A DNA stretch of 64,000 nt from Ignavibacteriales bacterium. GTDB lineage: Bacteria; Bacillota; Sulfobacillia; JABLXB01. The translations under genes and the position numbers were made by a program. This document shows, piece after piece, positions 37,846 through 47,166 of the stretch (positions are counted from its first letter, which is position 1; every line of letters starts with the position of its first letter). A model generated the notes under the pieces. It did no database searches, had not been told where the DNA came from, and was given only the letters and a program-made list of their open reading frames with translations. The stretch lies in the NCBI GenBank assembly GCA_050260105.1, contig JBLNBR010000021.1, positions 46,245 to 110,244 of the forward strand, read 5' to 3'.

Positions 37846-38703
37846 ATGGGATTGAGACTGGTGAGGCCTCTGAACAACAACGTGGTGCTCGCCACGGACG
37901 TCGGTTCCGGCCACGAGGTAGTCGCCGTTGGGAAGGGCCTCGGGTACGAGCGGCGCGGAGCGACGGTCGCCGGCGCGGGGGGCTTGCTGGACGAGGACCG
38001 GATCGAGAAGGTCTTCTTCTTCGTGACCGAAGCCAAGAGGAGGCAGTACGCCCAGCTCCTCGAGATCATCGACGAGGAAGTCATCGGCGTCTGCGAAGAA
38101 ATCATCGGGCTGGCGGCCACGAGACTGGGGGGCGAGTTGAACGAGCACATCCACATCGCCCTCCCGGACCACATTGGGTTCGCGATCGAACGACTCAACC
38201 GGGGATTCGAGATTCCCAACCCCTTTCTTCCGGAGATCCAGGCGCTCTACCCCGGCGAATACGACGTGGCCGGCGAGGCCGTGCGGCTCGTCTCCGAACG
38301 GCTGGGGGTCACCCTGCCGGACGAGGAACGCGGCTTTCTCGCGCTCCACTTCCATGCCGCGAGGAGGGATCAGTCGCCGAAGTCGGTGATGAGGCATACC
38401 CTCCTGATACGCGAGATGGTGGAACGAATACAGGCCGCACTGGGCCGCGTCTTCGAGGAGCAGGACCTGGCCTACGTGCGCCTTGTGACTCACTTGAAGT
38501 TCGCCCTCGAATTCATGGAGACGGGAAGAAGGATTTTGAATCCCCTCCTCGAAAGGATTCGTTCAGAGTTCCCAGAATCTTACGAGCTGGCCGCGAACGT
38601 GATACGTGAGGTCTCCCCGTACCCTGTGAGCGAGGATGAAATCGGATACCTTGCGCTGCATCTCCAGAAGATCAAGGGCATTAAACGGCCGGTTGATAAG
38701 TAG
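37846..38703 (+). CDS. glcT: BglG/LicT/GlcT-family PTS-dependent transcriptional antiterminator
   Basis: CAT RNA-binding domain (MGLRLVRPLNNNVVLA…) followed by two PRD domains with conserved His residues. The ORF track extension to 37597 is not credible. Confidence 0.85.
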   Translation: MGLRLVRPLNNNVVLATDVGSGHEVVAVGKGLGYERRGATVAGAGGLLDEDRIEKVFFFVTEAKRRQYAQLLEIIDEEVIGVCEEIIGLAATRLGGELNEHIHIALPDHIGFAIERLNRGFEIPNPFLPEIQALYPGEYDVAGEAVRLVSERLGVTLPDEERGFLALHFHAARRDQSPKSVMRHTLLIREMVERIQAALGRVFEEQDLAYVRLVTHLKFALEFMETGRRILNPLLERIRSEFPESYELAANVIREVSPYPVSEDEIGYLALHLQKIKGIKRPVDK

Positions 38704-38804
38704 ATATTAGCGGACCGTGCTAGCGTGTTACCGCCAGCCTGGCGGGCATGAGCTGGAGCGCCGGAATCCCGGCGCGTCTGGCTCATTTTGATCTATGGGG
38801 GTGG

Positions 38805-38865
38805 TTACCGGACAAACGCGACGTCCCGAACGAGCGGGGATCGGGTTCCGGGTTTCGCTGGGACG
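38805..38865 (+). promoter_or_regulatory. RAT-like element plus GC-rich hairpin in the glcT-ptsG intergenic region
   Basis: GGGTGGTTACCGGACAAACGCG resembles the 5' half of Bacillus RAT sequences (GGaTTGTTACTG…). It is followed by a GUCCC…GGGAC stem region and then SD GAAGGAGG. The match is partial. Confidence 0.3.
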
Positions 38866-38888
38866 AGACGAAAGAAGGAGGTCATCCC

Positions 38889-40052
38889 ATGAACACTCTC
38901 GGGTCCCTGCAGAAGGTCGGAAAGGCGCTGATGACACCGGTTGCGGTACTACCCGCGGCCGCCCTGCTGCTCCGCTTCGGGCAGCCCGATCTTCTCAACC
39001 TCAAGCCGATGGCCGAGGCAGGAGGCGCTGTATTCTCGAACCTCCCCCTCCTGTTCGCCATCGGGGTCGCCATCGGCCTTGCCGATCAGGCCGGCGTCGC
39101 CGGCATGTCTGCGATGGTCGGGTACTTCGTCTTCACCAAAGTGTTGGTGGTGATCAACAAGGACATCAATATGGGGGTACTCGCGGGCATCCTGACCGGC
39201 GCCCTCGCGGCGGCTCTCTACAACAGGTACCACAACATCAGACTCCCTGAATACCTGGGCTTCTTTGGGGGCCGCAGATTCGTCCCCATCGTGACAGCGT
39301 TCTGGTCTCTCGTATTCGGCATCATATTCGGTTACGTGTGGCCGCCCGTGCAGCAGGTCATCAACGGCGTCGGCCTCTGGCTCGTCGGGGCCGGGGTGAT
39401 CGGCGTGTTCGTTTTCGGCGTGCTCAATAGGCTCCTCATCGCATTCGGCCTGCACCACATCCTCAACAGCCTCGTGTGGTTCGTTTTCGGCGAGTACACC
39501 AAGGCCGACGGCACCAAGGTACACGGTGACCTGAGCCGCTTTTTCGCCGGTGACGTCACAGCGGGTGACTTCATGGCGGGGTGGTATCCCGTGATGATGT
39601 TCGGGCTGGTGGCCGTCGCCCTGGCCATGTATCACGAAGCGAAGCCGGGCCAGAAGAGGGCCGTCGGAGGCATACTCTTTAGCTCCGCTCTGACGTCCTT
39701 CCTCACCGGGATTACGGAGCCGATCGAGTTCGCGTTCATGTTCCTCACTCCGGTGCTGTACGTCATCCACGCCCTCCTGTCGGGCCTTGCGATGTCGGTG
39801 TGCACCGCGCTCGGGATCAAACACGGCTTCGGCTCCTCGGCCGGGTTCATCGACTATGTCCTGAACTACGGCCTGTCGACGAAGCCGCTACTATTGATAC
39901 CGGTGGGGCTGGCGTTCGCGGCCTTGTACTATCTGGTTTTCCGGGCGGTCATACGCGCGTTCAACCTCCCGACTCCGGGCCGCCTCGACGAGGAAGGAAC
40001 GATAACGGCAACGGCAGAATCGACTCGGGCAACGACCGTCGCAAGCCGGTAG
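38889..40052 (+). CDS. ptsG: PTS glucose/GlcNAc-family transporter, EIIC domain only
   Basis: Multi-TM EIIC with the GITEPIEF motif and no fused B or A domains. RBS GAAGGAGG. Confidence 0.85.
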   Translation: MNTLGSLQKVGKALMTPVAVLPAAALLLRFGQPDLLNLKPMAEAGGAVFSNLPLLFAIGVAIGLADQAGVAGMSAMVGYFVFTKVLVVINKDINMGVLAGILTGALAAALYNRYHNIRLPEYLGFFGGRRFVPIVTAFWSLVFGIIFGYVWPPVQQVINGVGLWLVGAGVIGVFVFGVLNRLLIAFGLHHILNSLVWFVFGEYTKADGTKVHGDLSRFFAGDVTAGDFMAGWYPVMMFGLVAVALAMYHEAKPGQKRAVGGILFSSALTSFLTGITEPIEFAFMFLTPVLYVIHALLSGLAMSVCTALGIKHGFGSSAGFIDYVLNYGLSTKPLLLIPVGLAFAALYYLVFRAVIRAFNLPTPGRLDEEGTITATAESTRATTVASR

Positions 40053-40121
40053 AGCCGCACGGCGGTAGGGGAAGCCCTCGCTTCCCCTACCCAGCGGATC
40101 CGGCAGGGGTGGGAATAGAGA

Positions 40122-40370
40122 ATGTCAGACAGAGACAGAGCGGAGCGCATCATCGAGGCGCTCGGCGGGAAGGCGAACATCACAGCGCTGGACTCCTGCA
40201 TCACACGCCTCCGCCTGGTCCTGCGCGACCCCGGCGCGGTGGATGAGAAGAGACTGAAGGCGCTCGGCGCGATCGGCGTGATCAGACTCGCAAGCTCGGT
40301 GCAGGTGATAATGGGCACGGCGTCCGAGCTCATCGAATCCGAGATGAAAGCCGTTATGCAGCCGAAATGA
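40122..40370 (+). CDS. PTS glucose-type EIIB component (stand-alone)
   Basis: 82 aa with active-site Cys in NITALDSCITRLRL. Confidence 0.8.
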   Translation: MSDRDRAERIIEALGGKANITALDSCITRLRLVLRDPGAVDEKRLKALGAIGVIRLASSVQVIMGTASELIESEMKAVMQPK

Positions 40371-40921
40371 GCAAGACCGGCCGTACGCCGCGGGTAATCA
40401 CGGTCAAAGCCCCGCTCACCGGCAACCTGATGCCCATCGAGGAGGTTCCCGACCAGGTGTTCGCGAGAAAACTGGTGGGCGACGGGGTTGCGGTTGACCC
40501 GTCCGAGGGGCTGGTCGTGGCCCCGGTCGCCGCTCGCGTGGAGACCGTGTTCCCCTCCGGTCACGCAGTGGTCCTGCGCCCCGATCCAGGGGTGGCGGTC
40601 CTCATCCACGTGGGAATCGGCACCGTGAGGCTGGCCCGCGCCTTCGAGAAGGTCGTCCAGGCGGGGATCCACGTTAGAGAGGGGGATGTCCTCCTGAGGT
40701 TCGACCTGGATATCGTCCGGAGGGAGGCCGAGTCCGCAGTTTCACCGGTAGTCATCCTCAACCCGCCCGCCGGCTTGTGCCTGCGCCACTGCCGCCCCCG
40801 GCCGGTGAGGGCGGGCGAAGACGCCATACTGTCCATCCTCTTGCCGGACCTTGGGCGCGTGGGGATGGATATCTATCTCGATCGAAGGGAGGGAGCGCCG
40901 CGTGGGCCTGCGCATTCTTGA
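40367..40921 (+). CDS. PTS glucose-type EIIA component (stand-alone, with C-terminal extension)
   Basis: EIIA-Glc motifs (FPSGHAVVL…LIHVGIGTV). Overlaps the EIIB stop by 4 nt. About 30 extra C-terminal residues may be ORF run-on. Confidence 0.8.
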   Translation: MSKTGRTPRVITVKAPLTGNLMPIEEVPDQVFARKLVGDGVAVDPSEGLVVAPVAARVETVFPSGHAVVLRPDPGVAVLIHVGIGTVRLARAFEKVVQAGIHVREGDVLLRFDLDIVRREAESAVSPVVILNPPAGLCLRHCRPRPVRAGEDAILSILLPDLGRVGMDIYLDRREGAPRGPAHS

Positions 40922-40967
40922 CTTGTGGCCGAGGTGGCCTGCTCGGCGCCGCCCCTCGTGGACGGCG

Positions 40968-41843
40968 TCAGCGACCGCCCAGGTACTCCACGATTCCCAC
41001 AAGGAGGCCCTTCGCCGCCTGCGTGCGGAACTGGGACGAGGACAGCGCCTTCTCGTCCTCACTGTTGGTCATGAACCCGATCTCAACAAGCGTCGCCGGC
41101 ACGGGACTGTGCCTCAGGACGAAGAAGCCGGCCCACTCGACGCCGACGGGCGCGAGTCCGGTCTGGCTGCTGATTCCTTCCAGCAGACTCCCTGCCAGCC
41201 TGCGGCTCTCGCCATCCCCGTTGTAGAAGGTCATGGCCCCGGAAACGCCTGGATCCTTCTCGTATGCGTTGTTATGTATTGAAATGAACAAGTCGGCGCC
41301 GGTCCGCTCCGCCACGGCGACCCTTGCGCCGAGTTCCTCGGCGTCGGTCGAATAGGGTCCGGTGAGCTCCCTGTCGGTACGCCTCGTCATGGCGACTCGC
41401 CCACCGAGCTGCTTGAGCATCCGCTCCAATTCGAGCGCTATCGCCAGTACGTTGTCGGCCTCCCGCGTTCCCGCCGGCCCCACAGCCCCGGAGTTCGTGC
41501 CCCCGTGCCCCGGGTCGAGCGCGATTGTCTTGCCTGCCAGCAGCCGCCGCGCCCTGCTGTTGAAATCCGAGCGGAGGGCCTCCGCTGTTTCGGGCCCCAC
41601 CCTGCCGTCCACCGTGAGACCCATCTTGGCCTGGAATGACCTCACCGCCTTCTCCGTCGCGGGGCCGAATACACCGTCCAACCCACCGGGGTCGAAACCC
41701 CTCGACTTGAGCGTCTTCTGCAGTTCCAGGACCGCCTCGCCGGAAGAGCCCATCCCCATCACGGGGGCCGCCGCATGCGCGCCTCCGGCCGTGAGCGCCA
41801 GCGTGATGGCTGCTACTGTAACCAATGCGAACAACCGTCTCAT
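40968..41843 (-). CDS. N-acetylmuramoyl-L-alanine amidase (Amidase_3) with N-terminal signal peptide and PG_binding_1 domain
   Basis: Signal peptide MRRLFALVTVAAITLALTAGGAHA, peptidoglycan-binding repeat (LQKTLKSRGFDPGGLDGVFGPATEKAVRSFQ) and amidase_3 core (ALDPGHGG…SIHNNA). Strong RBS AGGAGG. Confidence 0.8.
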   Translation of the reverse strand: MRRLFALVTVAAITLALTAGGAHAAAPVMGMGSSGEAVLELQKTLKSRGFDPGGLDGVFGPATEKAVRSFQAKMGLTVDGRVGPETAEALRSDFNSRARRLLAGKTIALDPGHGGTNSGAVGPAGTREADNVLAIALELERMLKQLGGRVAMTRRTDRELTGPYSTDAEELGARVAVAERTGADLFISIHNNAYEKDPGVSGAMTFYNGDGESRRLAGSLLEGISSQTGLAPVGVEWAGFFVLRHSPVPATLVEIGFMTNSEDEKALSSSQFRTQAAKGLLVGIVEYLGGR

Positions 41844-42111
41844 ACGATTCCTCCTTGCCTCCGGGGTTAGTTGACGGGTTCGGCCGGAGAGGCCTGCCGC
41901 GCGAGCGGGTTCACCCCAAGCATAGTCCCCCGTACCCAGTGGGATTCGGCGCGATGGCACGGTTAAAGTACACATCCAATTGTAGTTAACTTACCCAGAG
42001 CAGTCAGCCGCCGTATTCCCTGCTCAAGGGGTGTAGGAGCGGATTAGCGGCCTGAAGGCTTTATGTAATCCTCATTCGTCGCAGGCTTTCTGGGGGATGG
42101 AAACGGACGCC

Positions 42112-43431
42112 TTACTGCTCCTCGAACCCAAGCCTCCACAACGCCACCCCGCGAAGGCCGTATTTCCTGGCGAGACCCACCCGGAGCGCGGCCGCGGTCC
42201 TGTCCAGGAACCTGACGGTGCGCGGGGCGCCGCCCGAATCGTACACGTAGAACGGCTCCATGCTGGCGGAATCCCACTGGATACGCGCGCCCTGCGCCTC
42301 CGCCCTCATCACCGCCCCCGCGGAGGGGAGGTACTCCGGCTTCCCCGCGCCGGGAACGGTGGGCCAGTCGTACCCGTAGAGGCCGACACCCAGTGACATC
42401 TTCGAGACGGGGATCAGTCTGGCCGTGCGCCGGATCGCGGCGTCGACCCAGCCGAGTGGCGCCACGGGCCCCTCGCCGCTCCCGGCCCAGTGCCTGTCAT
42501 ACGCCATCAATACGACGCTGTCGGCGACTTTCCCCAGCGCGGAGTAGTCGTACGCGCCGCTTATCTCGGCGGACATTTCCGTATCGGGGAAGACAGAGAC
42601 TACGAAGAGTCTGCCCCTGTCCTTCATCGCCACGGACAGGGCGGTCGCGAATTCGGTCAACCTCCTCTTGTACTCGGGCGGGACCAGCTCGAAAGAGAGG
42701 TTCAGCCCGTCGTATCCGTTCACCTCGACCTCCGACGCAAGGGTCTGCACCGCCCTGCGCATGGCGGCCGGGTCTTTCAGTACCCCGGAATTATCCCCTC
42801 CCGGGATTTTCGTGTTGGTGACGACGGGTATTACCGCTATGCCCCTGGACCGGCAATAAGCCAGCACGTCGGACGAAGCGGCCGACTCCACCGTTCCCCC
42901 GGGCATCACGGTGTGCCAGACGGGGTATATGACGTCCACACCTCGACCCCCGCCCGTCTCAGCCAGCCTTTTCAGAGCCGGAAACGAGCTCGGGAATACC
43001 CCTCCCCAGCCGTTTTCGAAGAATGCGGCGGTTTCGATGCTCCGTGCGGGAACGAGTTCCGTGGGCGGGAGGCTGGCAAGAGAGCGTCCAAGAAACGCAA
43101 ACGCCACAGCAGCGACGGCGATGGCAGCCCTCTCCTGCCGGGAAAGCGACATCGCCCAGCGCTGGGCCGATTCAAGTCTGGGGTCCAACCACGCGGCGCC
43201 CCGGTCCAGCAGTCCCAGGAAGCGCCCAATGTACTCGCCTGCGGCCGACTTCTCGAGCCTCCGTTCGAAGGTCTCCGTCCCCCTGCGAAGGGCCGGATTG
43301 CTTCTCGCTCTTTCCAGGAGGTCGGAGGCTACACGCCCGTATCTGAGGAAGTCCCTCCTGAAGCCCCTGACTACCTCCAAGGCCACCGTCTCCACCCGGG
43401 CGGCCGCGCGGGAGAATCGGTCCCAACCCAC
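42112..43431 (-). CDS. glycoside hydrolase family 18 (spore-peptidoglycan hydrolase-like), membrane-anchored
   Basis: GH18 catalytic motif DGLNLSFE and YDW. A TM/signal anchor is at residues ~100-120. An alternative start at M94 (43152) would make it a classic signal-anchored enzyme. Confidence 0.75.
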   Translation of the reverse strand: MGWDRFSRAAARVETVALEVVRGFRRDFLRYGRVASDLLERARSNPALRRGTETFERRLEKSAAGEYIGRFLGLLDRGAAWLDPRLESAQRWAMSLSRQERAAIAVAAVAFAFLGRSLASLPPTELVPARSIETAAFFENGWGGVFPSSFPALKRLAETGGGRGVDVIYPVWHTVMPGGTVESAASSDVLAYCRSRGIAVIPVVTNTKIPGGDNSGVLKDPAAMRRAVQTLASEVEVNGYDGLNLSFELVPPEYKRRLTEFATALSVAMKDRGRLFVVSVFPDTEMSAEISGAYDYSALGKVADSVVLMAYDRHWAGSGEGPVAPLGWVDAAIRRTARLIPVSKMSLGVGLYGYDWPTVPGAGKPEYLPSAGAVMRAEAQGARIQWDSASMEPFYVYDSGGAPRTVRFLDRTAAALRVGLARKYGLRGVALWRLGFEEQ

Positions 43432-43521
43432 TCCCCAACCACCTCGGGAGTATTATCCCCAGGCAGCGGCCACCGATAGCCGCCGGAGGAGTTGGTCTCG
43501 TTTCGAAGAATGTGTGGACTC

Positions 43522-45843
43522 ATGGAGCCCACCCGACTATCCCGGTTAATCCTCCTCGACCCAAAATACAGGCAGTGCGTTACGGCAGTGCGCGAATTGC
43601 CTGCTCGCGAGGCGGAGTACGCGCCGCTTCCGGACGGGCTCGACCCGCTGCTCGTACAGTCGCTCGCCGCGAACGGCATAACGAGGCTGTATTCGCACCA
43701 GGCGCGGGCGTTCGAACACGTGGCGGCAGGCAGGCACATAGCCGTGGTAACGCCGACCGCGTCCGGGAAGACCCTGTGCTACAATCTCCCGGTCGTGAAC
43801 TCCATCCTTAAGGACCCCACCTCCCGGGCGATATACCTGTTCCCCACGAAGGCGCTGTCGCAGGACCAGGTCGCGCAGCTGTTGGCGCTCACTCAACCCA
43901 CTCGCATCGACATCAAGGCCTACACGTATGACGGCGATACCCCTGTATCCGCCAGGAAGGCGATACGCAGCGCGGGGCACATCGTCGTCACGAACCCCGA
44001 CATGCTCCATACGGGGATACTCCCCCACCACACCAAGTGGCTTAGACTATTCCAGAACCTCAAGTACGTCGTCGTCGACGAACTGCACACATACAGGGGT
44101 GTGTTCGGCAGCCACGTCGCCAACGTCCTCAGGAGGCTGAAGAGGGTCGCAAGGTTCTACGGGTCCGATCCGCAGTTCATCTGCTGTTCGGCGACGATCG
44201 CCAACCCCGTGGAACTCGCGGAGAGGCTGACGGGCGAGCCCGTTGATCTGGTGGACGAGAATGGCGCGCCTTCCGGCAAGAAGACGTTCATCATATACAA
44301 CCCGCCTGTCGTGAACCGCGAATTGGGTATCAGAAAGAGCTCCCTCCTGGAGGCCAAGAACCTGGCCGCCAGGCTCATCTCTGAGAACATCCAGACCATT
44401 GTGTTCGCGCGATCCAGGCTGTCGGTGGAGGTGCTGGTGACCTACCTCAAGGACGCCGCGTTCAGGGGGCCGGTTGACGATGGAAGAGTGAGGGGGTACA
44501 GGGGCGGCTACCTCCCCGCCCAGCGGCGGGCCATAGAACGGGGCCTCCGCGACGGCAGCGTGACGTGCGTGGTCGCCACGGACGCCCTTGAACTGGGCGT
44601 AGACATCGGGCAGATGCAGGCCACGATCATGGCCGGCTACCCCGGTACTGTGGCTTCCGCGTGGCAGCAGGCAGGCCGCGCGGGTAGGCGGTCCGGCGAA
44701 TCGCTCGCCGTGATGGTCATGTCCAGCGCCCCCGTGGACCAATTCATAGCCCAGAACCCGTCCTACTTCTTCGGCAAGCCGCCTGAGCACGGCCACCTCA
44801 ATCCGGATAATCTCTATATACTTCTTTCCCATCTCAAGTGCGCGGCCTTCGAGCTCCCGTTCGAGGACGGCGAGGCCTTCGGGTCCGTGGCGCCCGCGAC
44901 CACCGCGAGCGCCCTCGAATACCTCGGGGAACAGAACATCCTCCACCATTCAAGGAACAAGTGGTTCTGGATGGACGATTCGTTCCCCGCCGAGGAGATC
45001 AGCCTCCGCTCGGCCTCCTCCGAGAATTTCGTCGTGGTGGACACAACGGAGGCGCCGGCGTCCCCAAGGGTCATCGCCGAGGTCGACAGGTTCAGCGCGC
45101 CGATGTTGATACACGACGATGCCATCTACATTCACGAAGGACAGCAGTATCACGTGGATAGGCTGGACTTCGACGAGCAGAAGGCCTACGTCACGAAGGT
45201 CAACGTGGACTACTACACGGATGCGAACCTCGCTGTGAGTGTGCGTGTAATCCGCGAAGACTCAAGCGGTGGCGTCCCCACCCCTTCCAAGTTCCTGGGG
45301 GAAGTCGTGGTCACCGCCATCGCAACCATGTTCAAGAAAATCAGGCTCTACACCCACGAAAACGTCGGGTCGGGCAGGATTCACCTTCCCGAGCAACAGA
45401 TGCAGACTGCGGCGTACTGGTTCATCGTCCCGCCCACATGCGCCGGGGGCCTTTCGCCAGCGGACCTCCAGTCGGCCCTCTTGGGCATGTCGAACGCCAT
45501 CGCAAACGTCGCGCCGCTTCACCTCATGTGTTCGCCGCGCGACATAGGTGTGGTCAGCGAGGTGCGATCGCCACACACCCATCTTCCCACCGTCTACCTG
45601 TATGACTCCTACCCGGGTGGGATAGGCCTGGCCGAAAAGGCCTACGAGATCCACAGCGAGATACTCGCCGCGTCGCTCGAACTCATCTCGGGCTGCCCCT
45701 GCGCCGACGGTTGCCCGTCCTGCGTCGGCCCCACGATCGAAGTCGGGGCCGAGGGAAAGAAACTGAGCATAGCGATACTTCACAACCTCCTCGACGCGGC
45801 CGGGACGGGGCCTTGCCCGGTTGATTCCGGCCATGGACCTTAA
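43522..45843 (+). CDS. mrfA: DEXH-box helicase with C-terminal DUF1998 Zn-finger (mitomycin repair factor MrfA/YprA)
   Basis: Walker A TPTASGKTLCYNLP, DELH, helicase C and CPCADGCPSCVG four-Cys motif. Collinear with B. subtilis YprA over its whole length. Confidence 0.85.
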   Translation: MEPTRLSRLILLDPKYRQCVTAVRELPAREAEYAPLPDGLDPLLVQSLAANGITRLYSHQARAFEHVAAGRHIAVVTPTASGKTLCYNLPVVNSILKDPTSRAIYLFPTKALSQDQVAQLLALTQPTRIDIKAYTYDGDTPVSARKAIRSAGHIVVTNPDMLHTGILPHHTKWLRLFQNLKYVVVDELHTYRGVFGSHVANVLRRLKRVARFYGSDPQFICCSATIANPVELAERLTGEPVDLVDENGAPSGKKTFIIYNPPVVNRELGIRKSSLLEAKNLAARLISENIQTIVFARSRLSVEVLVTYLKDAAFRGPVDDGRVRGYRGGYLPAQRRAIERGLRDGSVTCVVATDALELGVDIGQMQATIMAGYPGTVASAWQQAGRAGRRSGESLAVMVMSSAPVDQFIAQNPSYFFGKPPEHGHLNPDNLYILLSHLKCAAFELPFEDGEAFGSVAPATTASALEYLGEQNILHHSRNKWFWMDDSFPAEEISLRSASSENFVVVDTTEAPASPRVIAEVDRFSAPMLIHDDAIYIHEGQQYHVDRLDFDEQKAYVTKVNVDYYTDANLAVSVRVIREDSSGGVPTPSKFLGEVVVTAIATMFKKIRLYTHENVGSGRIHLPEQQMQTAAYWFIVPPTCAGGLSPADLQSALLGMSNAIANVAPLHLMCSPRDIGVVSEVRSPHTHLPTVYLYDSYPGGIGLAEKAYEIHSEILAASLELISGCPCADGCPSCVGPTIEVGAEGKKLSIAILHNLLDAAGTGPCPVDSGHGP

Positions 45844-47095
45844 GGATCGAATAGAATCGCTGCGCAGGATGGTCGAAGAGGTGTCACGCCGGGAGCGCGG
45901 GCGCAAGGAGGCCGGCGCCGCGGGCCACGGCGCGGCGGGGTCCTGCTCTCAGGGCGCCGGCAGGCCGGTCACCCTGACGGCAGAGGCCGGCGTCACGGTC
46001 ACGCGGTCGGCGTATCCGCTCGATCATCTCCATGGACAATCGCGGTTGGGTTCCGCCCTATCCACGCCACTCCGCCTGGTTCAGGTCATAGCGCGGGATT
46101 TCCGCCCGTTTCCCGGCTTTGAGTCCACGGCGTTCCTGGATGTCGAAACCACCGGGCTGGCGGGTGGCGCCGGAACCCTTGCCTTCCTGGTGGGAATCGG
46201 CAGATTCGAATCCTCCTCGTTCCACGTTACCCAGGTCTTCCTCCACGATCCGGCAGCCGAGGACGAGCTCCTGAAGGAAACGACGGCCGCCCTGGAGGGG
46301 ACCGGGGCCATCGTGACGTTCAACGGCAAGGCGTTCGACGTACCCCTGCTGGAAACCAGGTACGCCATGAACAGGGCCGGGTTCCCCCTGGCTGATCCGC
46401 TTCACGTGGACCTCCTCTCCCCGTCCCGGAGGATATGGTCCCCCGTACTCTCGTCATGTTCGCTCGCAAGCCTCGAGGAGGCCGTGCTGGGCCTTCGCCG
46501 GGATGGGGATATCCCGGGCTGGCTCATCCCCAGTGTCTACGCCGGATATCTCCGCAGCGGCGACCCCGGGGCGATCGATCCGGTCATGGTCCACAACCGG
46601 CTGGACATCCTGTCCCTTGCCGCGCTGCTCGCAAGGCTCGCCATCTGCTTCGAGGAACCCACGGGCCGCCCCGCGCGCAGGGACGGCGTCGAGGCGCTCG
46701 GGGCGGCCTTGCACTACGAGTCGCTCGGCCTCAAACACGAGGCGCTCCGCCTCTACGAAGAGTCTATCGACTCCGGACTCCCCGGGGACCTCCTCACGCG
46801 GGCGTTGTGGGGCGCCCTGCGCCTCTCCAGGAGTGAGAGGAACTGGGATTGCTGCCTGGACCGCGCGCGGGCCCTGGCCGCCTCCGGCGGGGACTACAGG
46901 GCCTGGATCGAGATAGCCAAACACCACGAACACAGGAGCAAGGACTACGCGGCCGCGCTGTCGGCCGCGCAGACCGCCCTCAGCCGGTTGTCCGCCGACC
47001 GGTCGCTGCCCCCGTCCTCGCGCTCCCGGGCAAGGGATGAAATCAACCACAGGATCCGCCGCCTGGAACGGAGACTCGGTCGCGACCGCGCCTAA
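45821..47095 (+). CDS. mrfB: DnaQ-like DEDD 3'-5' exonuclease with C-terminal TPR-like region (MrfB/YprB)
   Basis: Exo I motif FLDVETTGL and downstream Exo II/III-like residues. Overlaps the mrfA stop by 23 nt. Paired with MrfA as in Bacillus. Confidence 0.75.
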   Translation: MIPAMDLKDRIESLRRMVEEVSRRERGRKEAGAAGHGAAGSCSQGAGRPVTLTAEAGVTVTRSAYPLDHLHGQSRLGSALSTPLRLVQVIARDFRPFPGFESTAFLDVETTGLAGGAGTLAFLVGIGRFESSSFHVTQVFLHDPAAEDELLKETTAALEGTGAIVTFNGKAFDVPLLETRYAMNRAGFPLADPLHVDLLSPSRRIWSPVLSSCSLASLEEAVLGLRRDGDIPGWLIPSVYAGYLRSGDPGAIDPVMVHNRLDILSLAALLARLAICFEEPTGRPARRDGVEALGAALHYESLGLKHEALRLYEESIDSGLPGDLLTRALWGALRLSRSERNWDCCLDRARALAASGGDYRAWIEIAKHHEHRSKDYAAALSAAQTALSRLSADRSLPPSSRSRARDEINHRIRRLERRLGRDRA

Positions 47096-47166
47096 CCACG
47101 CCCGGCATAGGCCGCTCCCTCAGGGAATAGCGATATACCGTCCATCCTCGAAGGGGGGCCGGCCAG

